A stretch of 64,000 nucleotides of DNA from Candidatus Falkowbacteria bacterium RIFOXYA2_FULL_47_19 (GTDB taxonomy: Bacteria > Patescibacteriota > Patescibacteriia > Patescibacteriales > UBA12075): the NCBI GenBank assembly GCA_001780275.1, contig MFGB01000017.1, forward strand, positions 59,841 to 123,840, given 5' to 3'. Position 1 is the stretch's first letter, and each line of letters starts with the position of its first letter. Both the position numbers and the translations under genes were made by a program. Shown in pieces: positions 10,257-20,641 of this stretch. Below the pieces are notes generated by a model. It was not told the DNA's origin. It worked only from the letters and a program-made list of their open reading frames with translations, and did no database searches.

Positions 10257-11318
10257 ATGAAAATGGAAGGTAAAAAATTAAAATGGCCCTTGGTGGGCAA
10301 TGAGCATATTACGGAATATTTGGAACAATGCATCGCTCATAATAACATCGGGGGCTCTTATATTTTTTACGGTCCGCCCGATCTCGGAAAGTCTACGGCC
10401 GCGGTTTATTTCGCCCAGACCCTGCTTTGCCAGAACTATGATAAGGAGGGAACGGAATTGCCTTGCCGGACCTGCCCGTCCTGCCGGTATTTCTCAGGCA
10501 AAAAAAACGCTGAAGAAAACGCCGTTTCAACGGGTGAAACGCACGGCGATTGCCACATAATCAGGAAAGAGGACGATAAAAAAAACATATCAGTAGAACT
10601 TGTCCGGGAGTTTATCAGGATATTGGGCTTGAGTTCTTTTTTAGGGGAGCATAAAGTCGGCATTATCCGTGACGCCGAATGCCTGAGCCTGGAAGCGTCC
10701 AACGCGCTTTTAAAAACCCTTGAGGAGCCCAAACGGAAAGTGGTGATAATCCTTGTAACCTCTTATCTTGACGCGTTGCCGCAGACGATCGTCTCCCGCA
10801 GCCAGATATTGCGGTTCCATCCAGTAAAGACCGATATTATCTACGATTATCTGATCAGCGCGCATAAGGCTTCCCGCGGCGAAGCGAAGAAATTTTCCCG
10901 TTTAAGCTTGGGGCGCCCCGCTTTGGCCGTAAAATTCCTTGAGGACGAGGAATGGCGCGAACGATACCGGAAGAGGGTGGAGGTTTTTTTAAAGTTTTTC
11001 CGGCAGGATATAAACGAGAGATTCGCCGCCGTCGAAGATCTTATCGGCAAGAAAGCCGCCGGGATGGAAGCGGCGGGTACGGTCGCGTCCATACTTTCGG
11101 CCTGGCAGGGGGTAATCCGGGATTTTATGCTTATCCAGCTGGGATTTAACAACCTTACCCGCAATGAGGACAGGAGCGGAGAATATATCGCTTTAAGGAG
11201 TATCGTTACCCGGGATAAGATAATAAACCTGAACCGGGTGATCGGCCGGGGGGAAGAGTATCTGCGGGCGAACGTCAATCCGAAATTAGTATTAGAGGAT
11301 ATCGCTGTCAGTATCTAG
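10257..11318 (+). CDS. holB: DNA polymerase III delta-prime subunit
   Basis: GPPDLGKST; Zn motif C..PCRTCPSC; ASNALLKTLEEP; TIVSR. Confidence 0.88.
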   Translation: MKMEGKKLKWPLVGNEHITEYLEQCIAHNNIGGSYIFYGPPDLGKSTAAVYFAQTLLCQNYDKEGTELPCRTCPSCRYFSGKKNAEENAVSTGETHGDCHIIRKEDDKKNISVELVREFIRILGLSSFLGEHKVGIIRDAECLSLEASNALLKTLEEPKRKVVIILVTSYLDALPQTIVSRSQILRFHPVKTDIIYDYLISAHKASRGEAKKFSRLSLGRPALAVKFLEDEEWRERYRKRVEVFLKFFRQDINERFAAVEDLIGKKAAGMEAAGTVASILSAWQGVIRDFMLIQLGFNNLTRNEDRSGEYIALRSIVTRDKIINLNRVIGRGEEYLRANVNPKLVLEDIAVSI

Positions 11319-11406
11319 CATTTCGCATCAAGCCAGAGTCGATCGTCGTATGCTCGATACTTTCCGTTTAATGCTCATTTAACCTCTTTCAAATATAATC
11401 AATAAT

Positions 11407-12486
11407 ATGTTCAAAAAATTATCAGTGCTTTTCGCCCTGTTGGCGTTGCCCGTCTTAATTTCCGGCTGTCTATTGCAGGTCGGGCCGAAAAAGAACGCGC
11501 AGAGCGGGACGGACGGCGGAGTTTTTAAATCGATCAACAAGGGCGCGGGCTGGCAGCAGAAAGCGCTTATCCCGACGGTTTCCGGCAAGCCCCGCAGTTT
11601 CGCCGGCGTAAACGCGGCTTCCATGGCCATGGATCCGAGCGACCGGTTGGCCGTGTATTTCGGCTCGGAGGCGAACGGATTGGTCTATACTTATGACGGC
11701 GGAGCGAACTGGCAGACGGCGGACACCCTAGTCAAGGGCACCGTTGCCGACGTGACCGTCGATCCGAAAAATAAATGCATTATCTATGCCGCGGTCGGGA
11801 ATCGTCTCTATAAGTCGACGGATTGCAACCGGACCTGGAACCAGGCTTATTACGACAACGACCTCATGGCCGTGGTGGATGCCGTAGCGATCGATCATTT
11901 CGACAGTAATAATATCTATATCGGCGTGAGCCGGGGCGATATCGTAAAAAGCTCCAACGGCGGCGCGGATTGGCAGACGATCTACCGCGCCGGCAACCGT
12001 ATCCGGAAGATCTTGGTCGATCCCAATGACAGCCGCAACATCTACGTGGCGACCAACGTCAAAGGCGTGTTCCGCTCGCAGGACGCGGGCGCGAACTGGG
12101 CGGAGATGAAAAGCCTTATGGACACGGTCAAGGAGCATAAACTAGGCACCGATGTCAAGGATATGATCGTTGCCCGGGATGAATCCAGGACCATATTCCT
12201 GGCCACTTTCTACGGCCTCCTTAGATCCAAAGACGGAGGCGAGACCTGGGAAAAGATCGAACTTATTCCTACGCAGAACAAGGCCGCTATTAACGCCTTA
12301 GCGGTCAATTCCGTGAATACCCAGGAAATATATTACGTCACCAACACCACTTTTTACCGTTCGACCGACGGCGGAGCGAACTGGGCGACGGTGAAGCTGC
12401 CGACTTCCCGCGCCGGATGGAAGCTTCTCCTGGACCCGGAAGATCCGAATATAATTTATATGGGGGTAAAGGGGCTGGCGAAGTGA
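11407..12486 (+). CDS. Lipoprotein with BNR/Asp-box beta-propeller (YCF48/VPS10-like)
   Basis: Lipobox LISGC; repeated S.DGG.NW Asp-boxes. Confidence 0.8.
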   Translation: MFKKLSVLFALLALPVLISGCLLQVGPKKNAQSGTDGGVFKSINKGAGWQQKALIPTVSGKPRSFAGVNAASMAMDPSDRLAVYFGSEANGLVYTYDGGANWQTADTLVKGTVADVTVDPKNKCIIYAAVGNRLYKSTDCNRTWNQAYYDNDLMAVVDAVAIDHFDSNNIYIGVSRGDIVKSSNGGADWQTIYRAGNRIRKILVDPNDSRNIYVATNVKGVFRSQDAGANWAEMKSLMDTVKEHKLGTDVKDMIVARDESRTIFLATFYGLLRSKDGGETWEKIELIPTQNKAAINALAVNSVNTQEIYYVTNTTFYRSTDGGANWATVKLPTSRAGWKLLLDPEDPNIIYMGVKGLAK

Positions 12487-12497
12487 TTTAATAAGTT

Positions 12498-12595
12498 ACC
12501 CGCAAATTTACAAATCTGTTACAAATCTACAAATTACAAATAATCTTGTTCTGTCGCTATTTGTAAATTTGTAAAGGATTTGTAAATTCGTGGGT
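12498..12595. repeat. 7-8-mer repeat inverted element, family D (TTACAAA/TTTGTAA)
   Basis: ACCCGCAAATTTACAAATC..ACAAAT / ATTTGTAAATTTGTAAAGGATTTGTAAATTCGTGGGT. Confidence 0.8.
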
Positions 12596-12622
12596 TTTTA
12601 AAGCGTATAAGCAACAAAAATT

Positions 12623-13177
12623 ATGAACCAATTCATAGAATCCAAAAAGGAGGAATTCAATAAAGCCGTCGATTTTTTTAAAAAGGAAATTTCCAGCCTG
12701 CGGACGGGACGGGCGAATCCGAATATGCTGGAAGGCGTGACGGTGGACGCTTATGGGGCGAAAACGCCGTTAAACGGCGTGGCGTCGATAAGCGTTCCGG
12801 ACGGACAGAGCATAATTATCGCCCCCTGGGACAAGGGCATACTTAAAGAGATCGAAAAGGCAATGGTTGAGGCCGATCTGGGAGTAGGGGTCGTGAACGA
12901 GGGCGATAAGATCAGGCTGACCATTCCGATGATGACCGAGGAGAACCGGCGGGATCTCGTAAAAAAACTTAACGAAAAACAGGAAGCCGCCCGGGTCGCC
13001 TTAAGGAAGATCAGAGAGGAAGTAAAGGAAAGCATCGAACGGGCCGAAAAGAACAAGGAGATACCGGAAGACGATAAATTCCGCTACATGAAAGAATTGG
13101 ACGAGCTCATGGCGGGCAAGAACGACGAGATAAAAAGCGTCCGCGACAAGAAAGAAAAAGACATTATGACGATCTGA
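12623..13177 (+). CDS. frr: Ribosome recycling factor
   Basis: LRTGRANP..VDAYG..TEENRRDLVK. Confidence 0.97.
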   Translation: MNQFIESKKEEFNKAVDFFKKEISSLRTGRANPNMLEGVTVDAYGAKTPLNGVASISVPDGQSIIIAPWDKGILKEIEKAMVEADLGVGVVNEGDKIRLTIPMMTEENRRDLVKKLNEKQEAARVALRKIREEVKESIERAEKNKEIPEDDKFRYMKELDELMAGKNDEIKSVRDKKEKDIMTI

Positions 13178-13178
13178 G

Positions 13179-13278
13179 GATTGCCGATTGACGATTTTCG
13201 ATTGTCGATTAAGTTTACTATAAGTTTCTTATGTTGATTTCGATAGATTCGAACATCGACATTCGAAATTTTAAAATT
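13179..13278. repeat. Heptamer-repeat inverted element, family B (GATTKNC), empty copy
   Basis: GATTGCC GATTGAC GATTTTC GATTGTC ... TCGACATTCGAAA; same arms as those flanking the four-helix-bundle gene. Confidence 0.8.
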
Positions 13279-13283
13279 ATTCT

Positions 13284-14420
13284 ATGTTGTTGACTATCAT
13301 TACGTTTTTAGTGGTTCTGTCTTTGTTGGTTTTTGTGCACGAGATGGGGCATTTCTGGGTGGCGAGAAAGCTGGGCGTCAAAGCCGAGGAATTCGGTTTC
13401 GGTTTTCCGCCGCGCGCCTGGGGGATCTATAAAAACAAGAGCGGCCGCTGGGCGACGGTAAGGGGCAATAAAGAGGTGGAAGATGCCGCCGATACGGTTT
13501 ATTCCATAAATGCCATCCCGATGGGCGGATTCGTGAAGATCAAGGGCGAAGACGGGGAAAATAAGGAAGAGCGCGACAGCTTCGCCGGCCGGAGCGCCCT
13601 CGAACGGGCGGCGATACTTCTGGCCGGAGTATCCATGAATATCGTTTTGGCCGCGGTATTGATCTCTTTAGGCTTTATGATCGGCCTGCCGCAGGCGCTC
13701 GACGGGGTCGGCCCGAAGGCGGCGATAAGCGCCCGGAAGATACAGATAATAGAGGTTGCACCGGATTCGCCGGCCGCGGCGGCCCTGGTCGAGGCGGGCG
13801 ACGTCATTGCCGGCATCAACGGCCTTTCTTTCGCCGCTAGCGATAATCTGCAGCAGTACATAAATGAACGCGCCGGAGATAAGCTGCGGTTCTCTTTCGA
13901 GCGGGGGAGTAGCCGGTTCGACAAGGAGATCGTTCCGGTGGTAAGGGAAGAGACCGGCAAAGGGGGGATCGGCATAGTCATAGGAGACACGGGCATCGTC
14001 CGTTATCCTTTTTTCACGGCCATATGGGAGGGGATAAAAACGACCGTACTCTTGACCTGGGCCATTATCGTGGCTTTTTACAATTTATTGGCCGGACTTA
14101 TCATGGGGCGCGGATTGGGCGGAGAGTTAGGCGGACCGGTCCGGATCGCGCAGATCACGGGCGACGCCGCCCGCATGGGACTGGCCTATCTCATAAATTT
14201 TACGGCTCTGCTTTCGATCAATCTGGCCATAATAAACGCTTTTCCGTTTCCGGCCTTAGACGGCGGACGCCTGCTCTTCCTGGCTATTGAAAAGATCAAA
14301 GGCAGTCCGGTCAAAAAAGAAGTCGAAGGCACTATCCACTATATCGGATTCGCCCTGCTCATGCTTTTGGTGCTTTTGGTAACCTACAAAGACATCGCCC
14401 GGATCTGGCAGGGAGGGTAG
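13284..14420 (+). CDS. rseP: RIP metalloprotease RseP (M50, PDZ)
   Basis: HEMGH; PMGGFVKI; NAFPFPALDGG. Confidence 0.95.
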   Translation: MLLTIITFLVVLSLLVFVHEMGHFWVARKLGVKAEEFGFGFPPRAWGIYKNKSGRWATVRGNKEVEDAADTVYSINAIPMGGFVKIKGEDGENKEERDSFAGRSALERAAILLAGVSMNIVLAAVLISLGFMIGLPQALDGVGPKAAISARKIQIIEVAPDSPAAAALVEAGDVIAGINGLSFAASDNLQQYINERAGDKLRFSFERGSSRFDKEIVPVVREETGKGGIGIVIGDTGIVRYPFFTAIWEGIKTTVLLTWAIIVAFYNLLAGLIMGRGLGGELGGPVRIAQITGDAARMGLAYLINFTALLSINLAIINAFPFPALDGGRLLFLAIEKIKGSPVKKEVEGTIHYIGFALLMLLVLLVTYKDIARIWQGG

Positions 14421-14447
14421 GAATTGGAGGTTTTCTCGGCCCAAGGC

Positions 14448-14594
14448 CGATCCGCCTCGGGCGGAGATTGACGATTGCCGATTACGGCGAAATATTGGAT
14501 ATTGAATATTAGATATTATGCTACAGTTATAAATTATTTTTCTAGCTGAATTGGCCGTAAGAAAATAATATCCAATGTCTAATATCCAATATTA
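14448..14594. repeat. Stacked repeats: CCGCCTCGGGCGG hairpin, family B arm (14466-14485) and family C inverted element (14491-14594)
   Basis: AATATTG GATATTG AATATTA GATATTA ... TAATATC CAATGTC TAATATC CAATATT. Confidence 0.75.
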
Positions 14595-14669
14595 AAACAT
14601 GACGAGCGAGTAAGACAACAACAAGACGGTAAACGTGAATAAATAGTATAAAACATTAAGAATAATAGT

Positions 14670-15029
14670 ATGCAAATCAATATCAAAGCCACCAAGATGC
14701 AGTTGACCCCCAAGATAAAAGATTATGTTCAGGAAAAAATGGACATGCTGGAAAGATATTTGGGGAATATACCGGTGCACAATTGCGACGTGGAGATCGG
14801 AAAATCCGTGGGCGGTCAGCATTGCGGCGAGATCTATCGCGCGGAAGTGAACCTCAAGGTTCCGGGAGAGCTTTTGCGGGTGGAAAAAACCGAAAAAGAC
14901 CTGGTAAAGGCGATCGATAAGGTCAAGGACCATTTGCGGATGTCCATAAAAAAATATAAAGAAAAAAAGATCACCAAGAAAAGAAAAGGGAATATCGCCC
15001 GTTCCGAGCCGGACCAGGGGGAAAATTAG
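14670..15029 (+). CDS. hpf: Ribosome hibernation factor HPF/RaiA
   Basis: MQINIKA..LTPKIKDYVQEK..AEVNLKVPG..DLVKAID. Confidence 0.9.
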   Translation: MQINIKATKMQLTPKIKDYVQEKMDMLERYLGNIPVHNCDVEIGKSVGGQHCGEIYRAEVNLKVPGELLRVEKTEKDLVKAIDKVKDHLRMSIKKYKEKKITKKRKGNIARSEPDQGEN

Positions 15030-15212
15030 AAATTGATATTGTCGGATTTTAGGAATATACGCAGTAGGACGTTCCCACTCGGGAGCGTCTTTTGTTTAAA
15101 ATTAGATAATATTATTAATCAGAATTTAAATTAAAATTTGATTGACAACTGTAAGAAAACGTGCTATATTGAAATATCACGAGAACTTTAAAAAACAATC
15201 AGGGGGTGACAC

Positions 15213-15462
15213 ATGTTTAAAAAATATTTGGTTTTCTTTGACCTTGGGGATTTTGCGGGAAAACAGCCGCGAAATTTACGCGCTGTCAGCCGCGGAAGCG
15301 ACAGACGAATTCTTCATAGAGAGCGGACTCTGCGAAGAGTACTACCCGCACGTCAAGGCCATTCTTTTGCCGCAGGGGACGATGAGCTGGGGAGCCGGCA
15401 CTGTTCGTTATTTTTTTACGAAACATCCGTGGCTGAATATTCATTACGCCACGATCCAGTAA
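15213..15462 (+). pseudogene. Probable frameshifted small gene
   Basis: SD plus ATG at 15213 in one frame; plausible continuation ENSREIYALSAAEA.. in the +1 frame ends at 15462, just before the next SD. Confidence 0.35.
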
Positions 15463-15474
15463 AAGGAGGAAATC

Positions 15475-15789
15475 ATGAAATGCGAAACTATTCGCAAAGG
15501 CTCCGAATGCGCGTTTATGACGCAAAAGGGCTGCGCTTATTCCGGCGGCGCCTGCCGGGAGATCGTCCCGGCCTGCCAGGGTTGCAATAAAATAGTGGCC
15601 ATTGGATCCGGCCAATATTGTTCCGCCTGTCCCGACCCGGCCAAGAAGTGGAAGAACGGCCTTTGCAACCTGGCCTCTAACGCCGCCCGCGTGATCGATC
15701 GGGACGGCAAGGGGACCGGCGGAGCGGTCAACACCATGAAAAAAACCAACCCCCAGAAAGCCGCCAAGCGGGCGGCCAGGGGTAAGTAA
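15475..15789 (+). CDS. PxxKW-family cysteine-rich protein
   Basis: 9 Cys, YCSACPDPAKKW..G.CNLA, basic tail; AAGGAGG SD. Confidence 0.75.
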   Translation: MKCETIRKGSECAFMTQKGCAYSGGACREIVPACQGCNKIVAIGSGQYCSACPDPAKKWKNGLCNLASNAARVIDRDGKGTGGAVNTMKKTNPQKAAKRAARGK

Positions 15790-15812
15790 ATTACCCACGT
15801 TTTAAAATTTTG

Positions 15813-15844
15813 AACGGGCATCGTTTGCTGATGCCCGTTTTTTT
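15813..15844 (+). terminator. Intrinsic terminator
   Basis: AACGGGCATC-loop-GATGCCCGTT followed by a T tract. Confidence 0.75.
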
Positions 15845-15865
15845 GTTGTGCGGGCCGATTATCGC

Positions 15866-15893
15866 GTAGAGACGCGATTAATCGCGTCTCTAC
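15866..15893. repeat. GTAG-type REP-like palindrome
   Basis: GTAGAGACGCGATTAATCGCGTCTCTAC; relatives at 21673, 39059, 39144. Confidence 0.75.
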
Positions 15894-16023
15894 ATCGGGG
15901 CGTCTCTGCGGACGTGGCGGGTATTTGCCTTTTTATATTTAACCTTGTATAATAAACGTGTTTTACTAACTTTAATGAAATTATAAGGATTAAGTTATAG
16001 ATTGATTAATAAAATTTAAAAAT

Positions 16024-18834
16024 ATGGGAATTCTGGATAAAATTTTCGGCGATGCCAACGCCAAGATCGTTAAGGACATGCAGCCGATCATCGATAAAAT
16101 CAACGCCCTGGAGCCTCAGTATAAGAAGATGAGCGCCGAGGAACTAAGGGGGGTAACGGGCGTTTTCAGACAAAAGCTCGGGGCCGGATCGGCGCGCGAT
16201 CTTGACGCTTTTCTGCCGGAAGCGTTCGCGGCCGTGCGTGAAGCGAGCCGGCGGACGCTCGGCCAGAGGCATTACGACGTTCAGCTCATAGGCGGGATCG
16301 TGCTCCATCGCGGGCAGATCGCCGAGATGAAGACCGGAGAAGGAAAAACCCTGGTCGCGACCCTGCCGCTATATTTAAACGCCCTTCCCGGCCGCGGCGC
16401 CCAGCTTATTACCGTAAACGATTATCTGTCGCGGGTCGGCGCCGGCTGGATGGCGCCGGTCTACCATGCCCTCGGCATGACTACCGGCGTGATCATCCAT
16501 GACGCGGCTTTCAGCTATGATCCCGGATATTCGGACGATTCCCAGTATGACGATAGGTTAAAGCATTTCCGGCCGGTCAAGCGGCGGGAGGCGTATGCGT
16601 GCGATATCGTTTACGGCACCAATAACGAGTTCGGCTTCGATTATTTGCGCGACAATATGGTCGCTAATCCCGGCCAGATGGTCCAGCGGGATCTTTATTA
16701 TGCGATCGTGGACGAGGTCGATTCGATATTGATCGATGAAGCCCGGACCCCGTTGATCATAAGCGCTCCGGCCGAAGAATCGACCGATAAATATTATAAG
16801 TTCTCCCAGCTGGTCGGCCGGCTAAAGGAAAACGAGGATTATAACGTGGACGAGAAAATGCGGGCCGCGACGCTTACCGAAGGCGGGATAGGAAGGATGG
16901 AAAAATGGCTAGGCGTGGACAATATTTATACCGCCGGAGGGATCCGCGAAGTGCACCACATCGAACAGGCCCTGAAGGCGCACACCCTTTTCAAGCGCGA
17001 CCGCGATTATGTGGTGAAGGATGGCGAGGTCATTATCGTGGACGAGTTTACCGGCCGCCTGATGCACGGACGGCGTTATTCCGAGGGATTGCATCAGGCG
17101 ATCGAAGCCAAAGAGGGCGCGAAGATCCAGCGTGAATCACAGACCCTGGCAACGATTACCTTTCAGAATTACTTCCGCATGTACAAGAAACTCTCCGGCA
17201 TGACCGGAACCGCCTCGACCGAAGCGGAGGAATTCTCCAAGATATACGAACTCGATACGGTTATCATACCTACGAACAAACCGAACGTGAGACTGGATCT
17301 AAACGACCTTATTTACCGCACCGGGGAGGGTAAGTTCAAAGCGGTCGTCGCGGAGATCAAGCGCCGGCACGAGACCGGGCAGCCGATATTAGTGGGCACC
17401 ATTTCCATAGAAAAGAACGAGATCCTGGCCGGTATGATGGAGCGGGAAGGGCTCCATCCGCAGGTTTTAAACGCTAAAAACCATGAACAGGAGGCGAAAT
17501 ATATCGCCCAGGCGGGCGCGTTTGGCGCGATCACGATCGCGACCAATATGGCCGGCCGCGGAGTCGATATAATCCTGGGCGGCGCCCAGGGGGACAAAGC
17601 GGCGCAGGAAAAGGTTAAAAGCCTGGGCGGGCTCCACGTCATCGGCACCGAACGGCACGAATCCCGGCGGATAGATAACCAGCTTCGGGGCCGGGCGGGG
17701 CGCCAGGGCGATCCGGGTTCGTCCCAGTTTTTCGTGTCGATGGAAGACGATCTTATGCGCATTTTCGGCGGCGACCGGATGAAGAGCATAATGACCACCC
17801 TGCGCGTGCCGGACGATATGCCGATCGAGAACCGTCTGATCTCGCGGTCGATAGAATCGGCGCAGCGCAAGGTCGAAGGTAACAACTTCGATATCCGTAA
17901 GCATCTGGTCGAATACGATGACGTGATAAACAAGCATCGGGAATCGATCTATCGCCGTCGCCGGGAAATATTGGGAATAGTCGATAAGAAAGCGGATGGT
18001 TCTCTTCCGCCGCCTGAATCCAAGGCCGACGACAAGCCAGCCGCGAATTTATCGGAGATAATCCTCGAAATGGTGGAAAACGAGATCGAACAGGTAGTAA
18101 GCTTCCATACGTCTGCCGAGCGCATTACGGATTGGAATCTTTCCGAAATAAACCAGGTGATTTCCACCATTTTTTCGGCCGGGGAGGTAGTCGGCGCTTT
18201 GGACGGATTTACAAAAGAAAATAACCATAAGCTGGACAAAGCCCAGGCGCGGACGGCTATCATCGAACGTTTGTCCGTTCTGGCGCGCCATTCATACGGA
18301 AAGATCGAAGCTAAGGCCCGGGAAAAAGGGATCGACTGGGCTGAGATCGAAAAAGCGGTCCTTATCCGTTCGATCGATACGCTTTGGATCGAGCATCTGG
18401 AGGCCATGGCGAGCATGCGGCAGGGGATAGGCTTAAGGGGTTATGGCCAGCGCGATCCTCTTATCGAATACAAGCGGGAGGCTTACGGCCTGTATAACGA
18501 ACTCAATAACCTTATCGCCAAGGAAGTGGTCTATTCGATTTTTAAGATAGGAGCGCTGCAGATCGAAGAGCGCGAATTCACGGCTCCGAGCCTTTTGGAG
18601 CGGGCGCGGCGGTTTACCGCTCCGGCTAAAACCATGGATGCCGGTACGGCTTCTTTCGCCGGTTATAAAACCGCCGGCAGCGCCTCCTCCTCCGGCGCTC
18701 CGGCCGCGCCCCAGGCCGGTTCCGGCGATCTTATCAAACAGAAGACCAAGGACGCGGAAGGCAACAAGGTCGGCCGCAACGATCCCTGTCCCTGCGGGAG
18801 CGGGAAAAAATACAAAAAGTGCCATGGAGTATGA
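16024..18834 (+). CDS. secA: Preprotein translocase ATPase SecA
   Basis: [27 protein letters not shown]-terminal [19 protein letters not shown]. Confidence 0.98.
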   Translation: MGILDKIFGDANAKIVKDMQPIIDKINALEPQYKKMSAEELRGVTGVFRQKLGAGSARDLDAFLPEAFAAVREASRRTLGQRHYDVQLIGGIVLHRGQIAEMKTGEGKTLVATLPLYLNALPGRGAQLITVNDYLSRVGAGWMAPVYHALGMTTGVIIHDAAFSYDPGYSDDSQYDDRLKHFRPVKRREAYACDIVYGTNNEFGFDYLRDNMVANPGQMVQRDLYYAIVDEVDSILIDEARTPLIISAPAEESTDKYYKFSQLVGRLKENEDYNVDEKMRAATLTEGGIGRMEKWLGVDNIYTAGGIREVHHIEQALKAHTLFKRDRDYVVKDGEVIIVDEFTGRLMHGRRYSEGLHQAIEAKEGAKIQRESQTLATITFQNYFRMYKKLSGMTGTASTEAEEFSKIYELDTVIIPTNKPNVRLDLNDLIYRTGEGKFKAVVAEIKRRHETGQPILVGTISIEKNEILAGMMEREGLHPQVLNAKNHEQEAKYIAQAGAFGAITIATNMAGRGVDIILGGAQGDKAAQEKVKSLGGLHVIGTERHESRRIDNQLRGRAGRQGDPGSSQFFVSMEDDLMRIFGGDRMKSIMTTLRVPDDMPIENRLISRSIESAQRKVEGNNFDIRKHLVEYDDVINKHRESIYRRRREILGIVDKKADGSLPPPESKADDKPAANLSEIILEMVENEIEQVVSFHTSAERITDWNLSEINQVISTIFSAGEVVGALDGFTKENNHKLDKAQARTAIIERLSVLARHSYGKIEAKAREKGIDWAEIEKAVLIRSIDTLWIEHLEAMASMRQGIGLRGYGQRDPLIEYKREAYGLYNELNNLIAKEVVYSIFKIGALQIEEREFTAPSLLERARRFTAPAKTMDAGTASFAGYKTAGSASSSGAPAAPQAGSGDLIKQKTKDAEGNKVGRNDPCPCGSGKKYKKCHGV

Positions 18835-18860
18835 CACTCCATGTCATGGGGAGTAGCGAT

Positions 18861-19475
18861 ATGGCCATAGCCGGAGAGGAACAATTATTGGAAATTTTGG
18901 ATAGCAATAAAAGCGTGAGAACTATCCTGGAGAAAGCGCGGGAAATGGACATGCCGAATTGGTATCTCGGCGCCGGCGGTATCGTGCAGACCGTCTGGAA
19001 CCTAAAGCACGGCTTCGATCCGGAAAACGGCATTAAGGATTACGATCTGGTCTACTATGACGCGGGCGATATTTCCTATGAGGCGGAGGATAGGTTCATA
19101 CTAAGAGGCGAAAAATTTTTTAAAGACATACCCGTGCCCGTGGAAATCAGAAACCAGGCCCGCGTGCATCTGTGGTACGAAAAACATTTCGGGAAAAAGA
19201 TCGGCCAATATGGATCCGCGGAAGAGGCTATGGGTACATGGCCGACAACGGCGACGGCGGTCGGGGTCAGAAGAGAGAACGGACGATTCCGGGTATGCGC
19301 GCCGCTTGGCTTAGATGATCTCCTCGGCATGATCGTAAGGGCGAACAAAGCGCTGATCACCGAAAAGATCTATCGGGATAAGGCCGACAGGTGGATAAAA
19401 ATCTGGCCGAATCTGAAAATAATCCCGTGGAGCCAAGAACAAGATCGGAAAATGCCGGGGATTGATCCAATATAA
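18861..19475 (+). CDS. Nucleotidyltransferase family protein (DUF925-like)
   Basis: WYLGAG.IVQTVWN..IKDYDLVYYD..EIRNQARVHLWY. Confidence 0.85.
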   Translation: MAIAGEEQLLEILDSNKSVRTILEKAREMDMPNWYLGAGGIVQTVWNLKHGFDPENGIKDYDLVYYDAGDISYEAEDRFILRGEKFFKDIPVPVEIRNQARVHLWYEKHFGKKIGQYGSAEEAMGTWPTTATAVGVRRENGRFRVCAPLGLDDLLGMIVRANKALITEKIYRDKADRWIKIWPNLKIIPWSQEQDRKMPGIDPI

Positions 19476-19477
19476 AT

Positions 19478-19939
19478 ATGGCCATTGAATATTATAATAA
19501 TTTACCGAAAAAGCGGATTGGAGCGGGGGTTATAATCTTAAACGGAAAAGAGGAGGTTCTTATCGTAAAACCTGGTTACAAAGACCATTGGTCGATAGTG
19601 GGCGGAGTGGTTGATGAAAATGAATCTCCGTTGAAAGCAGCCAGGAGGGAGACGAAGGAAGAAATAGGGATCGAGCTTAAAGACGCGAGATTTTTATGCG
19701 TCGATCACGTTTTGGATAACGGAAAAGGGGAGAGTTTGCAATTTATATTCTACGGCGGGAAACTGGACGAAGAAGAAATAAAGAAAATAAAGATCGACGG
19801 GAAAGAGATCGTCGAATATAAGTTCGTGAAAACAGACGATGCTTTGCGCCTGTTAAGCGAAAATTCAAGGATCAGGCTGTCGAAATGTTTTAAAGCTTTA
19901 AAGAATGATACGGCAATTTATTCAGAGGGGGATAAATGA
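19478..19939 (+). CDS. Nudix hydrolase
   Basis: GGVVDENESPLKAARRETKEEIG Nudix box. Confidence 0.9.
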   Translation: MAIEYYNNLPKKRIGAGVIILNGKEEVLIVKPGYKDHWSIVGGVVDENESPLKAARRETKEEIGIELKDARFLCVDHVLDNGKGESLQFIFYGGKLDEEEIKKIKIDGKEIVEYKFVKTDDALRLLSENSRIRLSKCFKALKNDTAIYSEGDK

Positions 19940-20012
19940 TTTTGCTATCAAATAATATATTATAAAACCCGGACTCGTAAGAGCCGGGTGTTTTGTTTTT
20001 TAAGCGGCTTGG

Positions 20013-20435
20013 TCAGTAAGGAACGATTTGACCGTTGGCGCGGATACGCGACCGGGTTTCTTCGACCGTCAAAACCAGCGGCTGCATGGATGAAAGGTCC
20101 GTCGGCTTGACGATAAGGCCGATATCGATCCGCCAGATAGGATATCCTTTCAGGGCGATATATCGAGCTTCCCCGAAAACGCCGGCGCCCCATTTGCCGT
20201 CGCGGAAAGGCAGGAAAACGCCGCCCTCGCATCCGGAAAGGACTTCCTGGAAAAAATAATCCATGCCGTTGCCGCGTGTTTTTTTCCAGTACTCGTATCC
20301 CTCCTGGTGATTTTTCTGGTTGGGATTTTCGATATTCCAATCGGGAAAATCAGCGGCGATCTTTTCAAGCAGTATTTTTTCCAGATCCGTACCGTAAACG
20401 TTGACCGGATGGCCGAAATACAATTTTTTTGGCAT
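20013..20435 (-). CDS. Hypothetical protein, nucleoside 2-deoxyribosyltransferase-like fold
   Basis: KLYFGHP..IENPN..GVFLPF.DG..GAGVFGEA..A...G.P pattern; GGGAGG SD. Confidence 0.6.
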   Translation of the reverse strand: MPKKLYFGHPVNVYGTDLEKILLEKIAADFPDWNIENPNQKNHQEGYEYWKKTRGNGMDYFFQEVLSGCEGGVFLPFRDGKWGAGVFGEARYIALKGYPIWRIDIGLIVKPTDLSSMQPLVLTVEETRSRIRANGQIVPY

Positions 20436-20641
20436 TACTTCCTCCCATTGGTTTAAGTTTATCAGCTTTAAGCCGATTATTTCATGTTACTCCGGTATAA
20501 AATATTGTCAACCTCCGTTTGCGTATTTTAATTGACGCTTGCGGGCGATAATAGTATAATAGTATAAGCATATAACAATAACGTTCAAGTTCATTAAAAT
20601 TTTTTAAATTCAAGCGCGCATTTTCGTTCGGGGGGTTAATC

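Noticed and set aside
17313..18837. Long antisense ORFs over secA (similar ones over dnaK, mreB, proS, eno)
   Set aside because: Shadow frames of GC-rich, codon-biased genes.
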